Assembly: GCA_964548405.1 (NCBI GenBank)
Contig: CAZJPW010000001.1
Coordinates: 4,054-68,053 of the forward strand
Direction of reading: 5' to 3'
DNA length: 64,000 nt
DNA from: an uncultured Candidatus Saccharibacteria bacterium
GTDB taxonomy: Bacteria > Patescibacteriota > Minisyncoccia > Portnoybacterales > UBA2143
The position numbers were made by a program, and so were the translations under genes. Below the pieces are notes generated by a model, which saw only the letters and a program-made list of their open reading frames with translations, did no database searches and had not been told where the DNA came from. Below are positions 19,284 through 29,977 of the stretch, one piece after another (position 1 is the first letter of the stretch; each line of letters starts with the position of its first letter).

Positions 19284-19927
19284 TGAAGATACCAGTATAC
19301 AATCAGAAAGGAGAGGAAGTAGTCAAGGCTGATCTACCAGCTGAGATTTTTGAAGTGGAATTAAATTCTGATTTAGTTCATCAAGTGGTAGTTGCTCAAA
19401 TGGCTAACTCCAGGAAAGTTATTGCTCATACTAAGGATAGAAGCGAGAAAAGAGGAGGCGGACGTAAACCTTGGCGTCAAAAAGGAACGGGCCGGGCCAG
19501 ACATGGATCAATTCGTTCACCGATTTGGAAGGGGGGCGGAGTTACTTTTGGACCAACTAAAGATAGGAATTTTAGCAAAAGTATTAACAAAAAAATGAAA
19601 AGAAGAGCTCTGTTAATGACTTTAACATCAAAAGTTAAAGATAAAGAGCTAGTTTTACTAGATAAGTTGGAATTAGCCGAAAGTAAGACTAAACTAATGG
19701 TTAAAATATTCAATAATTTGAAAAACAAGTTTAAGAAAGATTTAGATAAGGGTACTTTAGTTGTTTTACCTCAGACTGATTTGAAGATTAGTCGGGCTGT
19801 CAAGAATATTCCCAAAATCAAGACTATCAGAGCAGACAGCTTAAATGTTTTAGATATTTTGAACCATCGGTATTTGTTAATTCTTCAAGATTCAATTGAA
19901 GTAATTAAGAAGACTTATATAAAATAA
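19283..19927 (+). CDS. rplD: 50S ribosomal protein L4
   Basis: KPWRQKGTGRARHGS. Confidence 0.97.
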   Translation: MKIPVYNQKGEEVVKADLPAEIFEVELNSDLVHQVVVAQMANSRKVIAHTKDRSEKRGGGRKPWRQKGTGRARHGSIRSPIWKGGGVTFGPTKDRNFSKSINKKMKRRALLMTLTSKVKDKELVLLDKLELAESKTKLMVKIFNNLKNKFKKDLDKGTLVVLPQTDLKISRAVKNIPKIKTIRADSLNVLDILNHRYLLILQDSIEVIKKTYIK

Positions 19928-19928
19928 T

Positions 19929-20330
19929 ATGGCATTTTTAGATAAATTTAAGAAAAAGGAAAAAAAGCCTGAAAAAAAGGTTGAAAAAAAGAAGACGACT
20001 GAAAAGCCCAAAAAGGTAGCTGGTCAGAAGAAGAATATCGAAATCTATCAGGTTATTAAAGAACCGCATATTACGGAAAAGGCAGGTATTTTAGCCGATC
20101 AGAATAAATATGTTTTTAAAGTATATCCTAAGGCCAATAAAGTGGAAGTCAAGAAGGCAGTTGAAGCCCTTTATGGAGTTAAGGTAGAAAAAGTCCATAT
20201 CGCTCATTCAGCTCCTAAGAAAAGGCGGCTAGGTAAACACCAAGGTTGGCGTCATGGATTAAAAAAAGGATTCAAAAAGGCAATTGTCAGCTTAAAACAA
20301 GGAGAAAAGATAGAATTATTGCCAAGGTAA
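19929..20330 (+). CDS. rplW: 50S ribosomal protein L23
   Basis: PHITEK, KKAIVSL; Lys-rich N-terminal extension. Confidence 0.95.
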   Translation: MAFLDKFKKKEKKPEKKVEKKKTTEKPKKVAGQKKNIEIYQVIKEPHITEKAGILADQNKYVFKVYPKANKVEVKKAVEALYGVKVEKVHIAHSAPKKRRLGKHQGWRHGLKKGFKKAIVSLKQGEKIELLPR

Positions 20331-20334
20331 AAAT

Positions 20335-21174
20335 ATGAAGAGATATAAGCCAGTTACACCAGGAAGAAGAGGAATGACCTCGGTAGATTATTCCTCAATA
20401 ACAGAGAAGAAACCAGCTAAGAAGCTGACTAAAAAGCTGCTTCAAAAAGCGGGGCGTGGTTTTCGCGGCCGGATTACAGTTAGGCATAAGGGTGGCGGTC
20501 ATAAAAGAAAATATCGAATTATCGATTTTAAGAGACATGACAAGATGGACATTCCAGCTAAAGTAGCTTCGATTGAATACGATCCTAATAGGACTTGCTT
20601 TATTGCTTTACTTAACTATACTGATGGGGAGAAAAGATATGTCTTAGCGGCTGATGGTTTAAAAGTTGGCCAGGAAATTATTTGCAAAGAAAAAGCTCCT
20701 TTGAAGATTGGAAATCGAATGGAATTGAAGAATATTTTAATTGGTACTCAAGTATACAATATTGAGCTTCAGCCTAAGAAAGGTGGCCAAATGATTCGTT
20801 CAGCTGGAAGTTGGGCTCAAGTTATGGCCCATGAAGGCGGACATACCCATTTAAAGCTTGCTTCTAGTGAAGTAAGAATGGTCCAAGATAATTGTTTAGC
20901 TAGTATCGGACAATTAAGCAATACAGAGCATAATACAGTAGTAATCGGTAAAGCGGGAAGAAGCCGCTGGATGGGTAAGCGTCCGACAGTCAGGGGTTCA
21001 GCTATGAATGCTTGTGATCATCCGCACGGCGGAGGAGAAAACAGGCAGTCAATCGGTTTAAGAAGAGGTCCAAAAACACCATGGGGTAAGTTAGCTTACG
21101 GAGTTAAAACCAGGAAGAAAAAAGCAAGTAATAGGCTAATTTTAAAACGAAGAATTAAAAAGAAAAGGAAGTAA
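20335..21174 (+). CDS. rplB: 50S ribosomal protein L2
   Basis: [23 protein letters not shown]. Confidence 0.98.
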   Translation: MKRYKPVTPGRRGMTSVDYSSITEKKPAKKLTKKLLQKAGRGFRGRITVRHKGGGHKRKYRIIDFKRHDKMDIPAKVASIEYDPNRTCFIALLNYTDGEKRYVLAADGLKVGQEIICKEKAPLKIGNRMELKNILIGTQVYNIELQPKKGGQMIRSAGSWAQVMAHEGGHTHLKLASSEVRMVQDNCLASIGQLSNTEHNTVVIGKAGRSRWMGKRPTVRGSAMNACDHPHGGGENRQSIGLRRGPKTPWGKLAYGVKTRKKKASNRLILKRRIKKKRK

Positions 21175-21176
21175 TT

Positions 21177-21470
21177 ATGAGTAGAAGTTTAAAAAAAGGT
21201 CCATATGTAGATGCTAAGTTACTGAAAAAGGTAGGGCAGTTAAAGGCGGGCGATAAGACAGTAATTAAGACTTGGGCTCGGGCCAGTAGTATTTCTCCAG
21301 AGATGGTTGGCTTTACTTTTGGCATCCATAATGGCAAAGAACATATTCCAGTCTATATTACTGAGGATATGGTTGGTCATAAGTTGGGTGAATTTGCTTC
21401 AACCAGAAAATTCATTAGGCACGGCGGTAAAATGCAGAAAGAACAAGAGGCAGCTGCCAGGCAGAAATAA
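21177..21470 (+). CDS. rpsS: 30S ribosomal protein S19
   Basis: RSLKKGP, GHKLGEF. Confidence 0.97.
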   Translation: MSRSLKKGPYVDAKLLKKVGQLKAGDKTVIKTWARASSISPEMVGFTFGIHNGKEHIPVYITEDMVGHKLGEFASTRKFIRHGGKMQKEQEAAARQK

Positions 21471-21481
21471 GATATATTATC

Positions 21482-22054
21482 ATGATAACAGCTAAGTTAA
21501 GACATTTAAGAATATCTCCTCGTAAAGTTAGATTAGCAGTCGACCTAATCAGGGGTTTGGACGTGACCGAAGCGGAAAACCAGTTGAAATTTTTACCTAA
21601 AAGAGCAGCTCAACCAGTTTTAAAGCTTTTAAAATCAGCGATAGCTAATGCTTTGAATGATTTTGAAGCTGTTAAGGAAAATCTTTTTGTGGCTAAGATT
21701 ACGGTTGATCCAGGGCCAACTTTAAAGAGATGGATGCCTAGGGCTATGGGTCGAGCTACACCAAAACTTAAAAGGACTAGTCATGTAACGATAGTTTTGG
21801 AATTCAAAGATGGCAAGGTTCCAGTTAAGAAAAAGATTGAAAAGAAAGCAAAAGAGGTAGTTGAGAAGCCTAAGAAAGACACTAGTCTATTAGAGGAGAT
21901 AAGTGAGCCAGTAAAAGAAGATAAGTCAGATCTTGAGCCGAAAAAGATCGCTCCAGAAAAGCCCTATCAAACAACTTCCAAGTCAAAAAAGAAGTTTTTC
22001 AGTCGTCAAACCTTAGGTAACGTTAAAAAGACTTTTAGAAGGAAAAGTATTTAA
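21482..22054 (+). CDS. rplV: 50S ribosomal protein L22 with C-terminal extension
   Basis: SPRKVR, PRAMGRA, TSHVTI. Confidence 0.96.
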   Translation: MITAKLRHLRISPRKVRLAVDLIRGLDVTEAENQLKFLPKRAAQPVLKLLKSAIANALNDFEAVKENLFVAKITVDPGPTLKRWMPRAMGRATPKLKRTSHVTIVLEFKDGKVPVKKKIEKKAKEVVEKPKKDTSLLEEISEPVKEDKSDLEPKKIAPEKPYQTTSKSKKKFFSRQTLGNVKKTFRRKSI

Positions 22055-22058
22055 AAAT

Positions 22059-22727
22059 ATGGGAAGAAAAGTACATCCATTCATTTTTCGAATAGGCACA
22101 GTTAATAAGTGGAAATCACGCTGGTTTAATCGAAAGAAATATAAGGAGCTATTAGAGCAAGATGTCCAATTGCGTGATTTTATCATGAAAAAATTAAGCA
22201 AGGCTAGCGTTAATTCCGTAGAAATAGAGCGTTCGACCAACTTAGTAAATATTATTGTTGAAACAGCCCGTCCTGGACTGGTAATCGGTCGGGGAGGAAG
22301 TGGTATTGAAGAATTAAAGCAGGAATTAAAGAAAATTATCCGTAAGGGCGATCCGGAATTAGCTAAGACTGAGGTACGTTTGGAAATAGAGGAAATCAGA
22401 CAGCCTAACAGCTATGCTGCTATTGTAGGCCAAGATATAGCTAGTCAGATTGAGAGAAGGATGCCTTATCGAAGGGTGATCAAGCAAACTTTAGACAAGG
22501 TTATGCAGAGTAATGATGTCCAAGGAGTTAAGATTATGGTTAAAGGAAGATTAAACGGAGCTGAGATTGCTAGGAAAGAATGGTTGAAAAAAGGAAGAAT
22601 TTCCCTTCAGACTTTAAGGGCTAATATTGATTATGCTTCAGTTACTGCTTACACCACTTATGGAACAATCGGTGTAAAAGTTTGGATTAGCAAGGGAGAG
22701 GTTTTTAATAAAGATAAGAAGGAATAA
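22059..22727 (+). CDS. rpsC: 30S ribosomal protein S3
   Basis: [22 protein letters not shown]. Confidence 0.97.
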   Translation: MGRKVHPFIFRIGTVNKWKSRWFNRKKYKELLEQDVQLRDFIMKKLSKASVNSVEIERSTNLVNIIVETARPGLVIGRGGSGIEELKQELKKIIRKGDPELAKTEVRLEIEEIRQPNSYAAIVGQDIASQIERRMPYRRVIKQTLDKVMQSNDVQGVKIMVKGRLNGAEIARKEWLKKGRISLQTLRANIDYASVTAYTTYGTIGVKVWISKGEVFNKDKKE

Positions 22728-22728
22728 G

Positions 22729-23142
22729 ATGTTAACACCAAAGAAAGTAAAACATAGAAAATGGCAAAAAGGCAGAAGAAGAGGCAAGGGTAAGGCAACT
22801 CGAGGCAACGAGATATCTTTTGGTTCCTACGCTTTAAAAGCTATGGAAGAATGTTGGTTGACTTCGCGTCAAATTGAAGCGGCCCGAAGAGCAATGACTC
22901 GGCATATTCAAAGAGGTGGTAAAATATGGATTAGGGTTTTTCCTGATAAGCCGATAACCAGAAAAGGTATTGAAGTGCCTATGGGCGGAGGCAAGGGAAG
23001 CGTTGATCATTATGTTATGCCTATAAAACCAGGCCGAGTCATATTTGAAATGGATGGTGTAGATGAAACTTTAGCTAAAGAAGCAATGACCAAAGCCGGT
23101 CACAAATTACCAGTTAAAACTAAATTTATTACTCGTAACTAA
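22729..23142 (+). CDS. rplP: 50S ribosomal protein L16
   Basis: [21 protein letters not shown]. Confidence 0.97.
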   Translation: MLTPKKVKHRKWQKGRRRGKGKATRGNEISFGSYALKAMEECWLTSRQIEAARRAMTRHIQRGGKIWIRVFPDKPITRKGIEVPMGGGKGSVDHYVMPIKPGRVIFEMDGVDETLAKEAMTKAGHKLPVKTKFITRN

Positions 23143-23143
23143 T

Positions 23144-23359
23144 ATGAAAATCAAAGAATTACGACAAAAAACAGCCAAAGAATTAGCAGATTTATTGAAT
23201 CAAGATCGCCAGAAATTGGGACGGCTTAAGTTTGATTTAGCTTCTAAAAAACTAAAGGATGTTAATGAGCTTAAAGAATTACGCAAGGATATTGCTAGGA
23301 TTTTAACTATCTTAAATACTGCATTAAATAATAAAAATGATCTTAAAAAAGAAAACTAA
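23144..23359 (+). CDS. rpmC: 50S ribosomal protein L29
   Basis: RKDIARILT; operon position. Confidence 0.95.
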   Translation: MKIKELRQKTAKELADLLNQDRQKLGRLKFDLASKKLKDVNELKELRKDIARILTILNTALNNKNDLKKEN

Positions 23360-23603
23360 ACAATCTAAAAATAAAGGACGCTTTCTTAAGGGTCTCGTAG
23401 TTAGTGATAAGATGGATAAAACCATTGTTATTTCAGTTGATAGATATAAGGAACATCCTAAATACAAAAAGAGATATAAGATTAGTAAGAAATATAAGGC
23501 TCATGATCAAAAAAATGAATACAAAACAGGTGATAAAGTAATTATTCATGAAAGTAAGCCTTTAAGTAAAGATAAAAAATGGAAAGTTGTTAAAAAAATA
23601 TGA
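23337..23603 (+). CDS. rpsQ: 30S ribosomal protein S17
   Basis: [21 protein letters not shown]. Confidence 0.96.
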   Translation: MILKKKTKQSKNKGRFLKGLVVSDKMDKTIVISVDRYKEHPKYKKRYKISKKYKAHDQKNEYKTGDKVIIHESKPLSKDKKWKVVKKI

Positions 23604-23965
23604 TTCAGCCAGGATCAAAATTAAAGATAGCTGACAATACTGGAGCAAAAATTATCCAGTGTTTTAAGGTTTTGGGCGGTAGCCGCAGGCGTTATGCCCA
23701 GATTGGTGATGTAATTGTTGCTTCGGTTAAAAGCGCGGAACCGCGCAAACTGGTTAAGAAAAAAGATGTTATTCGAGCAGTGATTGTTAGACAAAAAAGG
23801 GCTTTCAGGCGTAAAGATGGATCATATATTCGTTTTGATGAAAATGCGGCTGTGATTGTTGATGGGTATAATCCAAGAGGCGGACGTATTTTTGGTCCAG
23901 TACCCAGAGAATTAAAAGAAAAGGGTTTTGACAAGATAGTCTCATTAGCCCCTGAAGTATTATGA
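23600..23965 (+). CDS. rplN: 50S ribosomal protein L14
   Basis: [20 protein letters not shown]. Confidence 0.97.
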   Translation: MIQPGSKLKIADNTGAKIIQCFKVLGGSRRRYAQIGDVIVASVKSAEPRKLVKKKDVIRAVIVRQKRAFRRKDGSYIRFDENAAVIVDGYNPRGGRIFGPVPRELKEKGFDKIVSLAPEVL

Positions 23966-24267
23966 AGATTAAAAAGAACGATACAGTATTAATAATCAGC
24001 GGGAAAGACAAAGGCAAGAAGGCTAAAGTCTTGGAATCTTTTCCCAAAAACAACAAAGTTATAGTTGAGGGAGTTAATATTGTCAAAAAACACCGTCGGG
24101 CCAGAAGCGAAAAGGAAAAGGGACAAGTAATTGAATTACCTAAGCCAATCAGTGTTTCTAATCTTAAGCTGATTTGTCCCAAGTGCAGTAAGGCAGTTAG
24201 AGTGGGCTATCGTTTAACTGAAAAAGACAAATATCGCATCTGTAAAAAATGTGAGCAAGAGATATAA
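23962..24267 (+). CDS. rplX: 50S ribosomal protein L24
   Basis: GKDKGK, VEGVN KOW motif. Confidence 0.96.
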   Translation: MKIKKNDTVLIISGKDKGKKAKVLESFPKNNKVIVEGVNIVKKHRRARSEKEKGQVIELPKPISVSNLKLICPKCSKAVRVGYRLTEKDKYRICKKCEQEI

Positions 24268-24268
24268 T

Positions 24269-24829
24269 ATGAAATTATTAAAAGAAAAATATATAAAGGA
24301 AGTTTTACCTGCTTTGAAGGAAAAGTTTGGATATAAGAGTGATTTGGCTGTGCCTAAGATTATTAAAGTTGTAGTCAATGTCGGTTTTAATCCAGTAACG
24401 GGTGGAGAAAAGATTCAGGAAGATTTAACTAAAGATTTAGTTGTCATTACTGGTCAAAAGCCAAAACCTTGTCAGGTTAAGAAACCAGAGGCCGGTTTTA
24501 AAACAAGAAAGGGTATGATTAATGGACTTAAAGTTACTCTAAGAGGACCACGGATGTACGATTTTTTAAATAGATTGATTCATTTATCCTTGCCTCGGGG
24601 CCGCGACTTTCGCGGTTTACCAGAATCAAACATTGATCAGTCAGGAAACTTGAATATTGGGATAAAAGAGCATATAATCTTTTCAGAGATTTCAACTGAG
24701 CATGTCAGAAAGATATTTGGATTCCAGGTTACGGTAGTAACGACTAGTAGTAGTCAAAAGCAAGGCAAAGAGCTATTTAAGCTGTTAGGATTCCCTATTA
24801 AATTTAAGGAACATAAAAATCATGGCTAA
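24269..24829 (+). CDS. rplE: 50S ribosomal protein L5
   Basis: ITGQKP, KVTLRG, RDFRG. Confidence 0.96.
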   Translation: MKLLKEKYIKEVLPALKEKFGYKSDLAVPKIIKVVVNVGFNPVTGGEKIQEDLTKDLVVITGQKPKPCQVKKPEAGFKTRKGMINGLKVTLRGPRMYDFLNRLIHLSLPRGRDFRGLPESNIDQSGNLNIGIKEHIIFSEISTEHVRKIFGFQVTVVTTSSSQKQGKELFKLLGFPIKFKEHKNHG

Positions 24830-25007
24830 GAAATCAGTTATTGCCAGATCAAAAAAACAGCCTAAGTTTTCAAGTCGGATAATTCGGCGCTGTTTTCGCT
24901 GTGGTCGTAAGAGAGCCTATTTAAGAAAATTTAACCTGTGTCGAATTTGCTTTAGAGAATTGGCTAATAAGGGTGAGATCCCTGGAATTAAAAAATCATC
25001 ATGGTAA
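24822..25007 (+). CDS. rpsN: 30S ribosomal protein S14 (zinc-binding type Z)
   Basis: [14 protein letters not shown]. Confidence 0.96.
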   Translation: MAKKSVIARSKKQPKFSSRIIRRCFRCGRKRAYLRKFNLCRICFRELANKGEIPGIKKSSW

Positions 25008-25393
25008 ACGATCCAATTTCAGATATGTTAACTAGAATAAGGAATGCTCAAGCCGTTGATCATCAAACGGTGGCTATTCCTTTTTCCAAACTTAAAATGA
25101 ACCTGGCTGAAATCTTGGAAAAAGAAGGATTAGTAGAAAAAGCAGCCACTCAAGGTAGAAAAACCAAAAAAGTTATTGAAATTAAATTAAAGTATTCCAA
25201 AGGCGAACCCTTTATTAACAATATTAGGAGAGTCAGTAAACCAGGTCGACGCATCTACATTAAAAGTAGTCAAATAAGACCAATTAGGCAAGGTTTTGGC
25301 CTGGCTGTTATTTCAACTTCCCAAGGTCTAATGACTAATAAAGAAGCTAGAAAAAAAGATTTAGGCGGGGAAGTGCTTTGTGAAATCTATTAA
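25001..25393 (+). CDS. rpsH: 30S ribosomal protein S8
   Basis: [25 protein letters not shown]. Confidence 0.97.
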   Translation: MVNDPISDMLTRIRNAQAVDHQTVAIPFSKLKMNLAEILEKEGLVEKAATQGRKTKKVIEIKLKYSKGEPFINNIRRVSKPGRRIYIKSSQIRPIRQGFGLAVISTSQGLMTNKEARKKDLGGEVLCEIY

Positions 25394-25397
25394 TACT

Positions 25398-25958
25398 ATG
25401 TCAAGAATAGGTAAACAACCAATTAATATTCCAGATGGGGTTGAAGTAAAGATTAAAGACAGCCTGATTAAAATCAAAGGCCCTAAAGGAGAATTAACCC
25501 AGGAAATTTTACCCGGAATCAAGGTAGAAGTTAAAGATTCTGATACCGAAGGTATCAGAAAAATAATAGTTAGTCTTGAGAAAAAGACAAAAGATTCCGC
25601 AGCTTTTTGGGGTTTGTTAAGGACTTTGATTTCTAATATGATCGAAGGAGTCATTGAAGGATATCAAAAGCAGCTGGAAGTTGAAGGAGTTGGTTATCGA
25701 GTAGTCTTAGAAGGGAATAAGCTGGTCTTGAGTCTTGGTTTTTCTCATTCGGTAGAGGTAACAGCGCCTCAAGGAATCGAGTTCAAGGTTGAAAAGAATT
25801 TAATTACAGTTTCTGGGATTGACAAACAGTTAGTTGGTCAGGTGGCAGCTAATATTAGAGCTAAGAAAAAGCCAGAGCCTTATAAAGGCAAAGGCATCCA
25901 TTATTTAGGAGAAGTAATTAGAAGAAAAGCCGGCAAAAAAGCGGCTGGAACTGAATAA
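25398..25958 (+). CDS. rplF: 50S ribosomal protein L6
   Basis: [15 protein letters not shown]. Confidence 0.97.
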   Translation: MSRIGKQPINIPDGVEVKIKDSLIKIKGPKGELTQEILPGIKVEVKDSDTEGIRKIIVSLEKKTKDSAAFWGLLRTLISNMIEGVIEGYQKQLEVEGVGYRVVLEGNKLVLSLGFSHSVEVTAPQGIEFKVEKNLITVSGIDKQLVGQVAANIRAKKKPEPYKGKGIHYLGEVIRRKAGKKAAGTE

Positions 25959-25963
25959 AAATC

Positions 25964-26308
25964 ATGTTAGAGAAACAGCAACAAAAACATAGGCGTCATC
26001 GTCGGATAAGAGCTAAGGTAATCGGAACAAAAGAGCGTCCGCGGCTTTCTGTTTTTCGAAGCAATCAACATACATATGTTCAATTAATTGATGATCAAGA
26101 AAGCAAAACCTTGGTCAGTGTCAATGATTTAAAGATAAAGGGCAAGGGAAGCAAGATAGAAATATCTAAGCAAATTGGTAAATTGGTTGCTGAGAAAGCA
26201 TTAGCCAAGAAAATTAAAGAGGTTGTTTTCGACCGAGGTGGATATAAGTATCATGGCCGAATAAAAGCCATAGCCGAAGCAGCCCGTCAAGGAGGATTAA
26301 AATTTTAA
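25964..26308 (+). CDS. rplR: 50S ribosomal protein L18
   Basis: [20 protein letters not shown]. Confidence 0.97.
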   Translation: MLEKQQQKHRRHRRIRAKVIGTKERPRLSVFRSNQHTYVQLIDDQESKTLVSVNDLKIKGKGSKIEISKQIGKLVAEKALAKKIKEVVFDRGGYKYHGRIKAIAEAARQGGLKF

Positions 26309-26309
26309 T

Positions 26310-26792
26310 ATGTTTAATAAAAACCAAAGACAAAATAATAGGAAAAGACCGGAGCAAGATAGGGAATATGATCAAAAATTACTTGATGTTGCTAGGGTAG
26401 TTCGAGTTGTGGCTGGCGGTCGCCGATTTAGGTTTAGAGTAACAGTAGTCATTGGCAATAAAAAGGGCAAAGTCGGCGTTGGTGTGGCCAAGGGTCAAGA
26501 TGTTAGTTTGGCGGTTGAAAAAGCGGTAGGCGATGCTAAAAAACATTTGATTAATGTTAAGATAGTTGACGGAACCATTCCTCATGAGACCCAAGCTAAG
26601 TTCAGTACAGCCAAAGTTCTACTAAAGCCAGGTGTTAAAGGAAGAGGTATTGTGGCTGGTGGAGCAGTTCGGGTAGTTTGTGATTTGGCTGGTATTGAAA
26701 ACCTTTCCGGAAAGATTTTGGGCAAGACTAAGAATAAGTTGAATAATGCACGCGCTACGATAAAAGCGTTAGAGCAGTTAAAGAGAGGATAA
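26310..26792 (+). CDS. rpsE: 30S ribosomal protein S5
   Basis: VVAGGRRF, GIVAGGAVR. Confidence 0.97.
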   Translation: MFNKNQRQNNRKRPEQDREYDQKLLDVARVVRVVAGGRRFRFRVTVVIGNKKGKVGVGVAKGQDVSLAVEKAVGDAKKHLINVKIVDGTIPHETQAKFSTAKVLLKPGVKGRGIVAGGAVRVVCDLAGIENLSGKILGKTKNKLNNARATIKALEQLKRG

Positions 26793-26807
26793 AACTTACT
26801 TTCTATT

Positions 26808-27311
26808 ATGCAGTTACATCAATTAAAACCAAATTTAAAGAAGAAATCTCGTAAACGGGTTGGTCGAGGTGGAAAAAAGGGAACCTATTCTGGTAAAGGA
26901 ATGAAAGGACAGAAATCTCGGGCTGGTAAAAAGCCACGGGTTGATTTTGCTGGTGGTGATACGCCTATGTCTAAGCGGATTCCTAAACAAAGAGGTCAAT
27001 CAGGTAAGTTGAAGAAGATAAGAAGAGGAGTAAAAACAGCTAGATTTATGGCTAAGCCAATAACCTTAGATTTGAAAAATATTGAAAAGAAGTTTAAAAA
27101 AGGAGAGATAGTTTCTCCTAAAAGCTTGTTTAACAAAGGTTTAGTTAGTAAAATAAGGAGGAGTATTCCCAGTGTTAAAATATTGGGCCAATCAAAAAAG
27201 AATTTAGAGTTTAAAGGAGTTAGCTTAACTAAGAAACTACAAGAAAAAGTTAAGCCCAAGAAACAGAGTAAAGTTGCTAAAACTAAAGTTAAATCTAAAA
27301 AAGTTAAGTAA
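26808..27311 (+). CDS. rplO: 50S ribosomal protein L15
   Basis: KRVGRG, KGQKSRAG. Confidence 0.93.
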   Translation: MQLHQLKPNLKKKSRKRVGRGGKKGTYSGKGMKGQKSRAGKKPRVDFAGGDTPMSKRIPKQRGQSGKLKKIRRGVKTARFMAKPITLDLKNIEKKFKKGEIVSPKSLFNKGLVSKIRRSIPSVKILGQSKKNLEFKGVSLTKKLQEKVKPKKQSKVAKTKVKSKKVK

Positions 27312-27317
27312 TAGTTT

Positions 27318-28601
27318 ATGAAGTGGTTAGAAAAAGTTATCCAAGTTTTTAAAATAAAGGATTTACGCAAAAAGATACTTTTTGTTTTGATGATTTTGGT
27401 AATTTTTCGAATTGCTGCTAATGTTCCTGTGCCTGGGATTGACGCTGAACGCTTGCGTCAATTTTTTGGCGATAACCAATTATTTGGTCTTTTGAATATC
27501 TTTACTGGTGGAGCCATGAGTAATATGTCGATAATTATGCTTGGCTTGGGTCCATACATTACTGGAACCATTATTATGCAGCTTTTAACTATGATTTTTC
27601 CTCAATTGGAAGCCATGTATAAGGAAGAAGGAGAAAAAGGAAAGCAGAAATTTAATCAGTATGGTCGAATGCTGACAGTTCCTTTGGCTATTATGCAATC
27701 TTATGCCATGTTAAATCTTTTAAGCCGTCAGGGAGTCCTTGATCCATTGTCAGGATTCCAGTTATTTGTTTCTATTTCAGTAATTACAGCTGGTTCTCTA
27801 TTTTTGATGTGGTTAGGCGAATTGATTTCTGAAAAAGGAATTGGCAATGGTGTTTCTTTGTTAATTTTTGCCGGAATCGTTTCTCGGGTACCTCTTTCTA
27901 TTAGAGAATTAGTGGTTACATATACTCCAGCTAAGATACCGTCATACCTAGCTTTTATCGCTTTGGCTTTGGTTATTACAGCTAGTGTAGTAGTGATTAC
28001 AGAAGGCCGGAGAAATATTCCAGTTTCTTATGCTAAGCGGGTGCGCGGTAACCGGGTCTACGGAGGCGTTTCAACCTATTTGCCGCTTAATGTTAATCCA
28101 GCTGGTGTAATCCCGATTATTTTTGCCTTATCGATTATGCTTTTTCCAGGTATGGTAGCCAGCTTTTTGGGCGGTTCTAGTACTGGGTGGATAGCTAGTA
28201 TAGCTCAAGGCGTCGGCCGGTTATTTGGGAATGCTTGGTTTTACGGTGCGGCATATTTTTTGTTAGTTGTTCTCTTTACATATTTTTATACGGCTGTTAC
28301 TTTTGATCCTAAGAATGTGGCTAGTAATTTACAGAAGAGCGGCGGTTTTATTCCTGGAATCAGGCCTGGTACTCCAACTTCTGACTTTTTATACTTTATT
28401 CTTAATCGTGTTTTACTGTTTGGGGCTATCTTTTTAGGTACCATTGCGGTTTTGCCTTCAGTTGTTCAGGGGGCAACCGGAATTACTGCTTTTGGATTTG
28501 CCATTGGGGGTACGGCTCTCTTAATTGTTGTTTCTGTAGTTTTAGAAACTATGCGACAAATTAACTCTCAATTAACTATGAGGGATTACGAAGGGTTCTA
28601 A
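27318..28601 (+). CDS. secY: Preprotein translocase SecY
   Basis: LGLGPYIT, GIGNGVSL, AGVIPIIFA, IPGIRPG. Confidence 0.98.
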   Translation: MKWLEKVIQVFKIKDLRKKILFVLMILVIFRIAANVPVPGIDAERLRQFFGDNQLFGLLNIFTGGAMSNMSIIMLGLGPYITGTIIMQLLTMIFPQLEAMYKEEGEKGKQKFNQYGRMLTVPLAIMQSYAMLNLLSRQGVLDPLSGFQLFVSISVITAGSLFLMWLGELISEKGIGNGVSLLIFAGIVSRVPLSIRELVVTYTPAKIPSYLAFIALALVITASVVVITEGRRNIPVSYAKRVRGNRVYGGVSTYLPLNVNPAGVIPIIFALSIMLFPGMVASFLGGSSTGWIASIAQGVGRLFGNAWFYGAAYFLLVVLFTYFYTAVTFDPKNVASNLQKSGGFIPGIRPGTPTSDFLYFILNRVLLFGAIFLGTIAVLPSVVQGATGITAFGFAIGGTALLIVVSVVLETMRQINSQLTMRDYEGF

Positions 28602-28602
28602 T

Positions 28603-29265
28603 ATGTCTCAACAATCTAAAATTATTATCCTTTTCGGCCGATCTGGCTGTGGCAAAGGGACTCAGGCTAAGCTTTTAATTAAAGAGTTTGGTTTTGAGTA
28701 TTTAGGCAGCGGTAAGTTTTTAAGACAAAGGGTCGGGAAGAGTGATTTTACTGGTAAAAAGTTAAAAAAAGTCATAGAAAGCGGAGTTTTAGTTCCAACA
28801 CCAATTATGTTTAGAATTTGGGCGGAAGAAATGGAAAAGATGAAGGAAAAAGTAGATCAGAAGGGGATTATTATCGATGGTAGTCCTAGATGTCTTTTAG
28901 AAGCAGAATTAATGGATCACGTTTTTAAATGGTATGGGTGGGATAATATCAAGGTGATTTTGCTTGATATTTCAGAACAAGAAGCTTTTGATCGTTTGAC
29001 TAAGCGAAGAATCTGTAAGGAATGTGGTAAATTAATTCCCTGGGTGGGAGATTATAGGAATATCAAAGTGTGTGATGATTGTAGTGGAGAATTGATTACT
29101 CGGTCTGATGATAAGCCAGAAGCGATCAGGGCTCGTTTGGAATATTTTAAGAAGGATGTTCAGCCAGCTGTAGAGTATTACAAAAAACAAGGAAGATTAA
29201 TTAAAGTTGACGGCGATAAGTCAATTGAAGACGTATATCATGATGTTAAAAAAGCAATCAATTGA
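28603..29265 (+). CDS. adk: Adenylate kinase (Zn-type LID)
   Basis: GRSGCGKGTQ, DGSPR, CKEC..CDDC, RSDD. Confidence 0.9.
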   Translation: MSQQSKIIILFGRSGCGKGTQAKLLIKEFGFEYLGSGKFLRQRVGKSDFTGKKLKKVIESGVLVPTPIMFRIWAEEMEKMKEKVDQKGIIIDGSPRCLLEAELMDHVFKWYGWDNIKVILLDISEQEAFDRLTKRRICKECGKLIPWVGDYRNIKVCDDCSGELITRSDDKPEAIRARLEYFKKDVQPAVEYYKKQGRLIKVDGDKSIEDVYHDVKKAIN

Positions 29266-29977
29266 AATAATGGCTCAAGGCGGTCAGATACTGGCTAAAG
29301 TTATTAGAGAGTTGAAAGACAAAGTTGAGCCAAGTATGACTACTAAAGAGTTAGATAAGCTTGCCCACAAGCTTATTTTAAATTATGGCGCTCAACCTGC
29401 TTTTAAGAATTACCGGGGCTTTCCTAATGCTTTGTGTACTTCAATTAATGAGCAGATAGTTCATGCGGTGCCTTCTGAAAGGGTTTTAAAGGAAGGCGAT
29501 ATTTTGAGTTTAGATCTAGGTGTTGTTTATCAGGGATTTAATACTGATATGGCTGTGACTCTGCCTATTGGTTCAGTTGACCCGGAAATCAACAGATTGA
29601 TTAGGGTAACAAAAAAATCCCTTAAAAGGGCTATTGCTAGGACTAAGCCTGGTAAAACAATTGGTGATATTGGCCATGCTATTCAGAAACATATTGAAGA
29701 TCAGGGTTTTCAGGTAGTCAGAGGGTTATGCGGACACGGTATTGGCAAGAAACTTCATCAAAAGCCGGATATTCCAAATTTTGGACAGCGTCACAAGGGT
29801 GAATTGTTAAAGCCAGGTATGGTTTTGGCTATTGAACCAATGGCTGTTATCGGTAATCCGGGAATAAAAAAAGGCCCTGATGGCTTTTGTTATCAAACAG
29901 CTGATAATAGTTGGTCAGCCCATTTTGAGCATACTGTTGCCGTAACTGAAAAAGGCCCTTGGGTGTTAACGGAATAG
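29240..29977 (+). CDS. map: Methionine aminopeptidase type I
   Basis: SINEQIVH, GHGIG, IEPM, HFEHT. Confidence 0.95.
   Translation: MMLKKQSIEIMAQGGQILAKVIRELKDKVEPSMTTKELDKLAHKLILNYGAQPAFKNYRGFPNALCTSINEQIVHAVPSERVLKEGDILSLDLGVVYQGFNTDMAVTLPIGSVDPEINRLIRVTKKSLKRAIARTKPGKTIGDIGHAIQKHIEDQGFQVVRGLCGHGIGKKLHQKPDIPNFGQRHKGELLKPGMVLAIEPMAVIGNPGIKKGPDGFCYQTADNSWSAHFEHTVAVTEKGPWVLTE

Noticed and set aside
19140-22054. Charged extensions on L3, L23 and L22
   Set aside because: Low-complexity Lys/Glu tails are common on ribosomal proteins of this group; no specific signal
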